Shown here in pieces: positions 9,919-18,557 of a stretch of 64,000 nt of DNA. Location of the stretch: sequence record LC819008.1. One strand, written 5' to 3'. The position numbers and the translations under genes were made by a program. Below the pieces are notes generated by a model. It did not search any database. It was not told where the DNA came from and worked only from the letters and a program-made list of their open reading frames with translations. Numbering within the stretch: position 1 is the first letter of the stretch; each line of letters opens with the position of its first letter.

Positions 9919-10065
9919 TTACTTGGCCAGCTTGTCGGTCATGTACGCGACCAAGGGGACGACGACGAGCAGGAGAAAGCCGACGTAGAGAACTACGTCT
10001 TTCCGTTTTGCTTTGACCGTATCGTTGCTGCGGTTTGCTGCTGCGAGAAATTGTTGCTTAGTCAT
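9919..10065 (-). CDS. Small single-pass membrane protein (48 aa, missing from the ORF track)
   Basis: Hand translation: MTKQQFLAAANRSNDTVKAKRKDVVLYVGFLLLVVVPLVAYMTDKLAK. It has an AGGA RBS and fills the operon gap. Confidence 0.6.
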   Translation of the reverse strand: MTKQQFLAAANRSNDTVKAKRKDVVLYVGFLLLVVVPLVAYMTDKLAK

Positions 10066-10109
10066 GACTTATTCCTGTTGTTTGACTGTACTGAATTTTG
10101 GTTAATCGA

Positions 10110-10571
10110 TTACTGCAGGGGAACACGCTTGCGGAAGGTATCGAACTGGATAACGACGTATCCGTTTTCGATTGTGACGCTCTCTACCCTCGCATTGCAG
10201 GTTCCGAAATCTTTGGCTTGGCGAACATCGCCATTTGCCAGGAACCAGTAAAGCTGATAGTCCGTCTTGCACTCGAACCCTTGGTTGCCTGAGATCAGGA
10301 TCAGGGGCTGATTGCTGTACGTACCATGCCAGGCGACTTTGATGTCGTCGAAGTTCTCTTCCATGTCAGTGACATAGTCGCGATACTTCATGTACCAGGT
10401 ACGAGCATCCGTATCCTGGTAGAACTGCACCGTGTCCACCGTTTTGCGGAGAACCGGTTTTGCATCCGCGTCACCTATACCACCCAACACCAGAACTGCG
10501 ATCGCTCCAACGATCGCAAGGATCCAGAACTTCCAGTTATCGTTGACATAGTTGCGAACTACTTGTGCCAT
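10110..10571 (-). CDS. Membrane-anchored or exported hypothetical protein
   Basis: N-terminal hydrophobic segment 'WKFWILAIVGAIAVLVLGGIG' followed by a beta-rich domain with 2 Cys; GGAG RBS. Confidence 0.65.
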   Translation of the reverse strand: MAQVVRNYVNDNWKFWILAIVGAIAVLVLGGIGDADAKPVLRKTVDTVQFYQDTDARTWYMKYRDYVTDMEENFDDIKVAWHGTYSNQPLILISGNQGFECKTDYQLYWFLANGDVRQAKDFGTCNARVESVTIENGYVVIQFDTFRKRVPLQ

Positions 10572-10603
10572 TGCGTCATCTCCAGTTACTGCATTGTAAA
10601 AAG

Positions 10604-10789
10604 TTACCTGTGGCGGATATTCGTCATCAGGCGTTGGACTTCATTCCGAACCACCATCTCGAAGGTATTCGGAAGTTCGCGGAATTCGACATCGATGATG
10701 TCAGGCTCGGTGATGACCTTGGGTACTGCAGGTTGAATCGAATTGTACATCTTCAAAGCTTGTGAAACGTATTGCTGACTGTGTGCCAT
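10604..10789 (-). CDS. Small hypothetical protein (61 aa)
   Basis: ATG at 10789 with a GGAGG RBS. Confidence 0.55.
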   Translation of the reverse strand: MAHSQQYVSQALKMYNSIQPAVPKVITEPDIIDVEFRELPNTFEMVVRNEVQRLMTNIRHR

Positions 10790-10840
10790 GATACGCCTCC
10801 GTTGAAAAGAATACAAAGTTCTTTATCCAACTTCACCGCA

Positions 10841-10855
10841 GTTATATGTTTCTGA
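10841..10855 (-). promoter_or_regulatory. Early-promoter-like motif
   Basis: Minus strand TCAGAAACATATAAC, identical to the copy at 13077-13091. Confidence 0.6.
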
Positions 10856-10919
10856 ATTATTCTGGGATTCGATATTTGACGGCATAAGCCGGGGATGGGT
10901 TTTACCCCATCCCCTAGCT

Positions 10920-12227
10920 TTACGCGACCAGTTTCAAACGTTTTGCATTCGAGCGACGGCAGAGCTCCGTCAGGAATGCATCCGGATCTTCCGGGTTTTC
11001 CTTGAATGCAAGTTCTACTTCACAACCAGGCAGCAACCATTCTTCCGAATGGCACGACAGAATAAACCGTCGTACTTCTTCGTTGGTGAGATCGTACATC
11101 AGTGCCATGTAAGGCTCGATCTCTTTGCTCGTGAGTTCGCCGATCAGGTAATCCTTATCGACTCGACCTGCGCGTTTGATAGCTTCATCGAGATCTTCCG
11201 GATGATTGGTCGTCATGATGACGATCAGGTTATCTAATCCGATTACTCCATCAAACGCATTGAGTACACCAGACATGGTAAGGAAGCTCAGGTCTGCAAC
11301 GGCCTCGACCAGTTCCTTTTTCTTTTTGCGGTCCTTCACTGCACTGCCTGATTGATCGACATCCTCAATGAGAACGATCGAACCAGGTTTGATGGTCGCC
11401 AATGCCTCCATGAGCGAACCATTTGAATGCTGAGACAGATCAAGCAAGTACAGATCTTTCTTGAAACGAGCAGAAAGCAGCTTCGACAGTGTCGTCTTAC
11501 CAGTACCCGGGGGTCCGTAAAAGAGGAACGAAATTTTGTATGTCAGTCCTTTTTTACGATACCACTCTCGACGATTTGAGAATTCTTCAATCCTTCCCAA
11601 GATGTCGGCCTTCAGGTCTGCGTTCATGCAAAACGTTTCGATGTCTCGCATGGGGACTTTACCTACCTGCTCCCAGCTTTTATCGCCACCGTACTTGTGG
11701 ATGAACACTTCGTCGGAAGCACCACGCTTTTCATTGAAGAGATCGACCAGTTGCAGGAATGAACTTTGATTCCATCCAAACGTGCGGATGGTGATTTCTT
11801 CTTTTTGTTTTTCAGACCCGCCAGATTCCAGAGAACCTTTATCGAACCAGAAGAACTTTCGTTTGTACCAGAAAACATGAACGCCCTTGCCGATACCCAA
11901 GCGGTAAGGCTTGAATACGGTTTCATCCGAAAACATGTCTTCCTTGTATTGCCGGAACATGAAGAAGCTACGACTGAATTTCGCGTAGCCGGACATCATG
12001 AACCATTTGTCAAACATGTTGTACGCATCTGCATTGCCGTCCCAACCAGCATTGTTCAGACGCATCGTAACCGTCGTGTAGCGAACGACCAGATCCCAGA
12101 ACTTCTTGGGCAGGTCTTTCAAGTAAAACATGATACCGCCAACCAACGGCAGTACCAGCGTCGCTAAGAGAGGGTTAGCTTTCGTTGCTGCATCGTAGTG
12201 GCCAAAGAGCCCATAGATCCAGTCCAT
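10920..12227 (-). CDS. BCS1-like membrane-anchored AAA+ ATPase
   Basis: N-terminal TM 'PLLATLVLPLVGGIMFYL' and a BCS1_N-like domain ('GKGVHVFWYKRKFFWFDK...EEITIRTFG'). Walker A GPPGTGKTT, Walker B VLIEDVD, 'TMSGVLNAFDGV', and SRH 'IMTTNHPEDLDEAIKRAGRVD'. Start at ATG 12227 (GGGGA RBS). Confidence 0.85.
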   Translation of the reverse strand: MDWIYGLFGHYDAATKANPLLATLVLPLVGGIMFYLKDLPKKFWDLVVRYTTVTMRLNNAGWDGNADAYNMFDKWFMMSGYAKFSRSFFMFRQYKEDMFSDETVFKPYRLGIGKGVHVFWYKRKFFWFDKGSLESGGSEKQKEEITIRTFGWNQSSFLQLVDLFNEKRGASDEVFIHKYGGDKSWEQVGKVPMRDIETFCMNADLKADILGRIEEFSNRREWYRKKGLTYKISFLFYGPPGTGKTTLSKLLSARFKKDLYLLDLSQHSNGSLMEALATIKPGSIVLIEDVDQSGSAVKDRKKKKELVEAVADLSFLTMSGVLNAFDGVIGLDNLIVIMTTNHPEDLDEAIKRAGRVDKDYLIGELTSKEIEPYMALMYDLTNEEVRRFILSCHSEEWLLPGCEVELAFKENPEDPDAFLTELCRRSNAKRLKLVA

Positions 12228-12306
12228 GTTGTTATTCCCCGAAAGAGTATTGTCAAAATAAACGTTGGCCAAATAAAAAAAGATTCAAACCTAGGCCGAC
12301 AGAGAT

Positions 12307-12334
12307 CCTAGTACCTCCGTGAGGAGGTACTAGG
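12307..12334. terminator. Intergenic hairpin
   Basis: 12-bp perfect stem cctagtacctcc/ggaggtactagg with loop GTGA. Confidence 0.55.
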
Positions 12335-12344
12335 TCACCGCTTC

Positions 12345-13019
12345 TTATTTAATTTTCGAAAGATCGAGATAGAACATCATCTCGTTATCGGTCTTCGGAA
12401 AGAATGCCTTGATCTTCCCGAGATAGTCTTTCTTGTCGCTGCCGATTACCCTGGAGTAGAAACCTACTTCCAGAAGAACACCACTGAACGGTTCTTCCTC
12501 GATGTTCACAAGATTCTTGCGATCCATCTTCATCCGGTAAACCATTGGGTGGAGTTTCTCCAGAACGATAACGTTCTCTTCCAGGTTGTTCTTGACGATC
12601 AAGGGCAGACTGATCTTGCCACCATGCAGCTGGTGTCCATTGGCATACCCCATGCCAAGGCAGATCTGGTTGTTTGCCGTGTTGTAGCCGAACTCAGCAA
12701 TGATCTCACGATCATCCTGAATGAAACGACTCATCACATCCATACAACCACTCAGATCACGGCGAAGCGTCTCCGAGAATTTCTTGATACCGACATCGTA
12801 CGGCTTTTTCTCGACTACACGCTTCTCCCCAGGAATCGGGGTGTAATCGATACCAGGCTCTACAGCAGGCTTCATGACACTGGTAGGGGGTAGGCTTGGA
12901 CGTGCCGTCACGAGCGGGCTGGTGAGCCCTCCAGTGACTGTGAGCACCATTCCCTCATCGTCATCACGATCCCCGGCTTGCGCCATTCTGAAATCCGCAT
13001 AGCGGTTGGTCTTCTTCAC
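12345..13019 (-). CDS. Hypothetical protein
   Basis: 224 aa, GTG start with an AAGGAG RBS. Confidence 0.65.
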   Translation of the reverse strand: MKKTNRYADFRMAQAGDRDDDEGMVLTVTGGLTSPLVTARPSLPPTSVMKPAVEPGIDYTPIPGEKRVVEKKPYDVGIKKFSETLRRDLSGCMDVMSRFIQDDREIIAEFGYNTANNQICLGMGYANGHQLHGGKISLPLIVKNNLEENVIVLEKLHPMVYRMKMDRKNLVNIEEEPFSGVLLEVGFYSRVIGSDKKDYLGKIKAFFPKTDNEMMFYLDLSKIK

Positions 13020-13076
13020 GGATGTAACTCCTTGTGGTACAACATTTTAAAAGGTTTACAGCGGAAACTCACAATC

Positions 13077-13091
13077 GTTATATGTTTCTGA
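13077..13091 (-). promoter_or_regulatory. Early-promoter-like motif
   Basis: Minus strand TCAGAAACATATAAC, 58 nt upstream of the 13019 start. Confidence 0.6.
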
Positions 13092-13503
13092 AACAATCTA
13101 GAGTTCCAACCTTTCAAAGAATCAAAGAGCATAGCTTTGAAAGACCGAAACGCCCTTTCGGACGTCTCGGTTCTCTCTGGGGGGATGAATGTGGTTGTGT
13201 ATCCCTCCAGATCATGGAGGGATCATAGTTTCTTTTTATACGCCTTCCACAGGCGTATCACTTTTTTCTTTTCTTTCTTTCAAAAACTTTAGACTTATTA
13301 TTCTTATTATTGTAAATACGTTAGTATTTACAATACTAACGTTTATAACTAATTCTAAAATTCTCTCTACAAGGTTCTGGTCACATTTAGAAAAATATAT
13401 GTTTATGCCTGTTAAGGCAGCAAAACTGTCCGGTAAAAATTCGGCAAGAAGCACAGATCATCTGACATCCGTTCCACTATCAAACGCAAAGGACGAAACG
13501 AAC

Positions 13504-14151
13504 ATGGGCCTCGTAGGCACTCTGCGCGAGATCGAAAAAACCTCGCCCGAAGAACTCAACCGCTATTCCGAAAACCGTCCCGTCATGGTCGACGGTTCCC
13601 TGTCCGAACTCGTGACTCAGGCACTGAATGTCGCCTACACGAAAAAAGACATGACATCGGGTAAACCGTACTACGGTCATCAAAACGCAACGGGCGAACC
13701 GCCTCCTGGCGCAGGCAACATTCCCGACATCCTGAACCCGGATACTCCGCGTCAGGATCCGAACATCGTCAAGCCTTCGCTTGAAGGCATGCAGCAAATG
13801 GGCGCAGATGCAATTGCGACGGCAGCTGCTGTGCTCGAAGAAGCCGTCAACGTGAACGACGGCCACGAACACCGCGTGGGTGAAGATCCGCTCATGGTTT
13901 ACGCCATTCCGGAAGACGGTAAGGTCACGGAAGAAATGAACGCGAACATCGACATGTACGGCGACTCCGGTGCCATGGATCCGTCGAACTTCGTGTTTGT
14001 TTTCACCGACAAGAACGATACTGTTGGAAGCATCGACTATCGTTGCGTCGATCTGAGCCAGAAAGTGAAGGACTACGAGAGCAAGGGCGCCAAGGTGTAC
14101 CAGTCGCTCGAATCGTTCTTCCGCGACTACGACAACCTGCGTAAGAAGTAA
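13504..14151 (+). CDS. phiKZ-like putative virion (head) protein
   Basis: ATG 13504 with an AAGGA RBS. The longer ORF start (13189) runs through AT-rich non-coding-like DNA. Contains 'DGSLSELVTQALNVAY' and 'PSLEG', a possible S/A/G-X-E head-protease site. Confidence 0.6.
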   Translation: MGLVGTLREIEKTSPEELNRYSENRPVMVDGSLSELVTQALNVAYTKKDMTSGKPYYGHQNATGEPPPGAGNIPDILNPDTPRQDPNIVKPSLEGMQQMGADAIATAAAVLEEAVNVNDGHEHRVGEDPLMVYAIPEDGKVTEEMNANIDMYGDSGAMDPSNFVFVFTDKNDTVGSIDYRCVDLSQKVKDYESKGAKVYQSLESFFRDYDNLRKK

Positions 14152-15398
14152 TGGACGGCCAGATCAAGAAAGTCCTGGATGCCGAATTCGATCACTTGCC
14201 GATCGACAAACGGCTCCTGGACAAAGTCCTGAAATACGAAAAGGATTTCATCAACAAGAACGAAGACCATATCACCTTCTTCGGTGGTCACCTCATGGGG
14301 GTGCAGGTGGTTCGTTTCGATCCCCGAGATCGACAGTACTGGTTCGATGAAATCCTCGAAATCAATGAGCAGGCTCTCGAAGAACCTCTCTACGCTCTGC
14401 GTGATCCGCATCATCCGAAAGATCCGCTGATCGACCCAGACTTCAATGTCCGCTCGGATGTCATGAACATCACCTGCGGATATCTCATCCATCGATTCCT
14501 CACCGCAAACCACCTTCCGCACGACAAGCAAAAGGAAGGCGCCGAATGTGTGGTGCGAATCATGCTGTACAAGTTCCTGACTTCACTGCTCTGGAACTAC
14601 TTCAAGTACCCGGCCAATCCTGCGGTAGCGGAAGCTACCTATAACGCTTTGTCGCTGAAGTTCGGCTTGAAGAAAAACGGCAACTGGAAAAAATACCTGG
14701 ACGAACGCGCTCACATCACTGTCGAGCCTGGTTCGATCCACTACAAGACGCTTGTCAACATGAAAGACGACGAGCAGTTCCTGTACTTCATCGGCGATAC
14801 GCAGGGTCGTATTCGCGGCACGGTGAAATCGATCTATGCGATCTTCGACCAGATGAACAAGGCTGGTATCAAGATCGTCTCCGCCTCCTCTGTCATGGAG
14901 TACGATGGCGAAATGATCCTGAAGGACAAGTCGAGAACCTACCAGTCGGAAATCCGTTATATCTCCGATGTGATTGGTGACCGCGGTTCGTTCATCAAGC
15001 CTGAACTTCTGAAGATCATTGAGAAGTCGGTGCCGACCGCCAACCCCGACATGTTGTTGAAGACTCTCCAGTGGATGTCTGACAACGCAGGTTATGGTAA
15101 GGACGACATCGTGAACCAGCTGACGACCAAGACGGTTATCTACTCGTTCAACTATCTCGCCCAGAATCCTGGACTCATCAAAGGCAAGCGCGACATCTCC
15201 GGCGTACTCTTCCGTTTGCGTGGTTCGTTTATGGCATCCCGTTCTTCGGACGAGGATCTCATGCAACTGCGAGAAATGGCTGAGCAGATTGCTGGGTTCG
15301 CAACTGGCTCTCGCAACGACACGGTAAAGAAGTCGATCCGCACGGCGGTTCTGCTTTACATCATCGGTCGGATCATGGCGAAGGACTACTACTCATGA
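14151..15398 (+). CDS. Conserved phiKZ-like core hypothetical protein
   Basis: 415 aa, TAATG-coupled to the upstream gene, with strong phage codon bias. Confidence 0.75.
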   Translation: MDGQIKKVLDAEFDHLPIDKRLLDKVLKYEKDFINKNEDHITFFGGHLMGVQVVRFDPRDRQYWFDEILEINEQALEEPLYALRDPHHPKDPLIDPDFNVRSDVMNITCGYLIHRFLTANHLPHDKQKEGAECVVRIMLYKFLTSLLWNYFKYPANPAVAEATYNALSLKFGLKKNGNWKKYLDERAHITVEPGSIHYKTLVNMKDDEQFLYFIGDTQGRIRGTVKSIYAIFDQMNKAGIKIVSASSVMEYDGEMILKDKSRTYQSEIRYISDVIGDRGSFIKPELLKIIEKSVPTANPDMLLKTLQWMSDNAGYGKDDIVNQLTTKTVIYSFNYLAQNPGLIKGKRDISGVLFRLRGSFMASRSSDEDLMQLREMAEQIAGFATGSRNDTVKKSIRTAVLLYIIGRIMAKDYYS

Positions 15399-15817
15399 CG
15401 CGTGAAACCGTCACCGTCGATGAACTGAATCCCCTCCAGCTTGAGCAGTATCATGCCTTGCTGGAGGAGTCTGATAGTGAACCGATGTTCTACGGTAAGC
15501 CGTTAGACCGCAAAGCTAAACGTCAGATCGTCCTTGATGACGATGACAATGTCGTAGGGGCCTTTGAGTACACCCGCACCCTTTGGGAAGGTACGTACTA
15601 CTGGCGAGCCAACCGTCCGTATGTCATGAAAGCGCATCGTGGCAAAGGACTGTTGTATCCTGCTCTTCGACTCTGGTTCTTAAATCGACGCCCGGCTCTT
15701 GCCTGGATCGATGACGAAAACCTTGCATCGATTCGCCTTTTCTTCTCGCTTGGCTTTTCGAGAGAATATGCGTACACGATGCACGGCAAGCTGGGACATT
15801 TTTACGTCCTTCATTAA
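15395..15817 (+). CDS. GNAT-family N-acetyltransferase
   Basis: Acetyl-CoA motif A 'YVMKAHRGKGL' and motif B 'ENLASIRLFFSLGF'; ATGA overlap with the upstream gene. Confidence 0.8.
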   Translation: MTRETVTVDELNPLQLEQYHALLEESDSEPMFYGKPLDRKAKRQIVLDDDDNVVGAFEYTRTLWEGTYYWRANRPYVMKAHRGKGLLYPALRLWFLNRRPALAWIDDENLASIRLFFSLGFSREYAYTMHGKLGHFYVLH

Positions 15818-15847
15818 ACGCCATCAACTTAAGGTTAGGCACCCAAA

Positions 15848-16024
15848 ATGGCACCGCGCACCAAGCTTCAGAAGTCAATGACCAATAACTCCAAGATTCG
15901 TGATGCTGTCACGAATTCGGCTGCAACCATTTCGGTGGGTGAGCCAAGCCTCATGTCTCGCCAAGGTGCCCCGAAGAGCATTAAAGTGCAAATCGGAAAA
16001 GGCGGGCTGGGGAAAGCAAAATAA
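15848..16024 (+). CDS. Small basic protein (58 aa, missing from the ORF track)
   Basis: Hand translation: MAPRTKLQKSMTNNSKIRDAVTNSAATISVGEPSLMSRQGAPKSIKVQIGKGGLGKAK. In operon orientation. Confidence 0.55.
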   Translation: MAPRTKLQKSMTNNSKIRDAVTNSAATISVGEPSLMSRQGAPKSIKVQIGKGGLGKAK

Positions 16025-16078
16025 CAAAACGCAGTAGTCCTGGTCGTAATCTTTTGGATTATTCACCGGGATTTGAAA

Positions 16079-16252
16079 ATGTCGAACCGACACCTCAAGC
16101 AGCACCTGATGCAGGCTACCTTGAAGCAGCACAAAGAGCATCACGTCAAGGATCTTTACATCGTCACGGAATCGGAACATCGCGGCAAGCATGTCACGAG
16201 TACGGTTCACGTGAAGGTGGGTCGTGGCGGGCTGGAGCACGTCAAGAAGTAA
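16079..16252 (+). CDS. Small His/Lys-rich protein (57 aa, missing from the ORF track)
   Basis: Hand translation: MSNRHLKQHLMQATLKQHKEHHVKDLYIVTESEHRGKHVTSTVHVKVGRGGLEHVKK. Its stop lies 13 nt before the terminator hairpin. Confidence 0.6.
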   Translation: MSNRHLKQHLMQATLKQHKEHHVKDLYIVTESEHRGKHVTSTVHVKVGRGGLEHVKK

Positions 16253-16264
16253 GCAGCATAAGTA

Positions 16265-16294
16265 CCTACTCCTACCCGCAAGGGTAGGAGTAGG
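16265..16294. terminator. Hairpin between the convergent small-ORF operon and terminase
   Basis: 13-bp perfect stem cctactcctaccc/gggtaggagtagg with a GCAA loop. Confidence 0.7.
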
Positions 16295-16305
16295 GCCTAT
16301 GTCCG

Positions 16306-18486
16306 TCAATAAACGGTAGAACCCGAATCGACGACTCGACGATGTACCGTGTCGAGTAGATTCTTGTCCCCGCCTTTTTGATAGCCGATCCGTTTCTCTT
16401 CACGGGTCTTCTTGATCATGTCCGTAACAGAGAACGTTTCGCCTTCCTCTTCAACAACGCGTGATGCCAGAGCACCGATCTCGGCTTCGAGTCGCATTTG
16501 TACGAAGTGGTCTTGCGCTCCACCCAATTTCTGAACCAGAGCCTGGATGTCTTCGCGCAACTGACGTTGCTGGATTTCGAAGTGAGACATTTCACGCAGC
16601 GACTTCTTGGCCAGCGTGGAACTCATCACAGTCGTGTGGTCGATACCGTAGTAAGACAGGTTCTGACCAAACATTGCCAGGTAGCAAGCCAGTAGCCATG
16701 CCACACAGCCGTCGTCGTGCTGTCCCTTCGGGTGATCGACTCGACCATTCTTGACTTCGAGAGCCAGAATCTGATCGATGGTCTTGATATCGTTAACGCG
16801 GTCCATGCCGTGCCGAACGGCATTTTGCAGAACCTGGCCGTAGAGGATCGATCGTGCATTCTCGCCAGAACCTGACGTGTTGTAACCAAAGTAGGACTTG
16901 TACTTGGTGTACAGATCACCCAGCACATACTTGTCGGCACGTTTGATTTCTTCCAGAACCTCCTTGTACTTCTCGGGATCCTGAACCAGACGGTTAAAGA
17001 GTCGCTTGAATGCATTCTGACCAGTCATGCGGAACTTCAAACACAATTGATCGATAATCGCAGGACCCATGTTCTTGCATTCGATAATCGCTACAAGCTT
17101 AGGCCACTTCATCAGGATGTCGTAGAGCCAGAGCGAATAGTCGATCACGTTAGCCATGTTCACATAGCACGTGCCAATGACTTCAAGTGTTGTCAAGTCG
17201 ACATATTGCATGCCGATCTCGTCCTTACCCTGAGCTTGGGAAGGATCAATACCAAGTGCGATGTTGCCTTCTTCCATGAGTTGGTCACGGACTTTCAGGC
17301 TAACATACCACTTCGTCAAGAAGCGGGTCTTCGGATCGATTTCAGCAACGAAATCTTCACGCTGGTTTTCACGAAGCGTGTTCAGTTGTTCGGTAGACAG
17401 AGGAGATCCGCGGCCACCAGAAGTCCAGATGTTGAAGTAATCTCGATCGGCTTCTTCGCCGCTAATCATTGCCTTCTTGATGTTCTCGTAATGTTGCTTA
17501 TCCGAGATACCAAGCATGCGGTGACCAAAGGTACAGTTGATTGCAAAGCCGTTGCTCGACGATGCTTCAACCATCACTTTCAGGTCGTCCCAGTTACGCG
17601 CATCATAGATCTTGTCCGTAAACGGGAACGAGTTCGTCAGGATCTGATAAGCGTAGGAACCATCACGGTCATCTTTCTTACCGGCGGTAGTTGCCAGGAT
17701 AATGCCGTGGTGTGCGTTGTTTTCACGGGCAGAAACGAATGCCGCGTTGGTTGTCGACAGAATCGTCGTCAGTGTAGCTTTCAACCAGGAGATGTACGCA
17801 AATTCGTCAATCCGGATGTTGGCAGAAGTAAAGCCTCGGCCCACCTTGTAGGCGCCCTTCTCATCCATCCGAGGAACGTGCGTCTCGTACTTGTTTTCCA
17901 GTGCAGACAAGTAGATGTATTCCTGGTTGTTCGGATCTTTCTTCGGTATCGATCTTCGTAGATACGGAGGTAAGACTTCTTCGTATTCCTTCAAGCGCTC
18001 AATGTCGTTACGACGCAGCTGGTCTTCTTTCGTCAGCAAGTGAATGGACGAGTGAACCAGACCGAAGTTGAGCAGGTAGCGGTCAAGTGATGCAATGTTA
18101 ACCGACTTACCAGTCTGACGAGGCTGAATCAGGAAGGTCGTGATGTGGTTGAAGTAACTCCACCACAGAGCCAGGTTCCCGCGGTTGGCTAGAACAGGAC
18201 TCGGCTGCATTGCACCCTGAACAGGAATGCGTGCAATCTCACGGAAGTAGTACCAGGGGTTATCGAAACACTCCTGGGTAATCATGCCCTTGTATTCGAA
18301 GGACAGATTCGGATCGAAGGGATCTACCCCGACCAGATATTTGTTGTGTAACGCCAGGGGCCAGAGGTTATTCTGGATACCCATGTCGTCAAGAATGTAG
18401 CAAATGTCAACGAAGGACTTGTTTCGGGTTTCCAGATCGATGGTTGCATCCGGATACCGATTCCAGTCTTCTTGGAAAAGAATCAT
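16306..18486 (-). CDS. terL: Terminase large subunit (phiKZ gp025-like)
   Basis: Walker A 'LIQPRQTGKS', Walker B 'IRIDEFAY', nuclease 'ALGIDPSQ' and 'HDDGCVAW'. 726 aa, next to the structural and sheath genes. Confidence 0.92.
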   Translation of the reverse strand: MILFQEDWNRYPDATIDLETRNKSFVDICYILDDMGIQNNLWPLALHNKYLVGVDPFDPNLSFEYKGMITQECFDNPWYYFREIARIPVQGAMQPSPVLANRGNLALWWSYFNHITTFLIQPRQTGKSVNIASLDRYLLNFGLVHSSIHLLTKEDQLRRNDIERLKEYEEVLPPYLRRSIPKKDPNNQEYIYLSALENKYETHVPRMDEKGAYKVGRGFTSANIRIDEFAYISWLKATLTTILSTTNAAFVSARENNAHHGIILATTAGKKDDRDGSYAYQILTNSFPFTDKIYDARNWDDLKVMVEASSSNGFAINCTFGHRMLGISDKQHYENIKKAMISGEEADRDYFNIWTSGGRGSPLSTEQLNTLRENQREDFVAEIDPKTRFLTKWYVSLKVRDQLMEEGNIALGIDPSQAQGKDEIGMQYVDLTTLEVIGTCYVNMANVIDYSLWLYDILMKWPKLVAIIECKNMGPAIIDQLCLKFRMTGQNAFKRLFNRLVQDPEKYKEVLEEIKRADKYVLGDLYTKYKSYFGYNTSGSGENARSILYGQVLQNAVRHGMDRVNDIKTIDQILALEVKNGRVDHPKGQHDDGCVAWLLACYLAMFGQNLSYYGIDHTTVMSSTLAKKSLREMSHFEIQQRQLREDIQALVQKLGGAQDHFVQMRLEAEIGALASRVVEEEGETFSVTDMIKKTREEKRIGYQKGGDKNLLDTVHRRVVDSGSTVY

Positions 18487-18519
18487 AGAGGAATCCTAGC
18501 ACAGGGTCATAAGGTTAGT

Positions 18520-18547
18520 GACTGACTGGGCTTTCGCCCAGTCAGTC
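18520..18547 (-). terminator. Hairpin
   Basis: 12-bp stem gactgactgggc/gcccagtcagtc, with a GAAA loop on the minus strand. Confidence 0.6.
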
Positions 18548-18557
18548 TATCGCTTAA

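Noticed and set aside
12253-12258. TTGACA (minus strand) upstream of the BCS1-like gene as a sigma70 promoter
   Set aside because: No acceptable -10 hexamer lies at 16-18 nt spacing.
13189-13503. Long N-terminal extension (Phe/Ile/Leu-rich, TM-like) of the 13189 ORF
   Set aside because: The hydrophobicity comes from T-rich non-coding-like DNA, and a good RBS-ATG exists at 13504.
15875-16309. 144-aa minus-strand ORF and the 77-aa plus-strand ORF 16054..16287
   Set aside because: The two small plus-strand ORFs fit operon direction, codon usage and terminator position better. The 77-aa frame runs into the hairpin.
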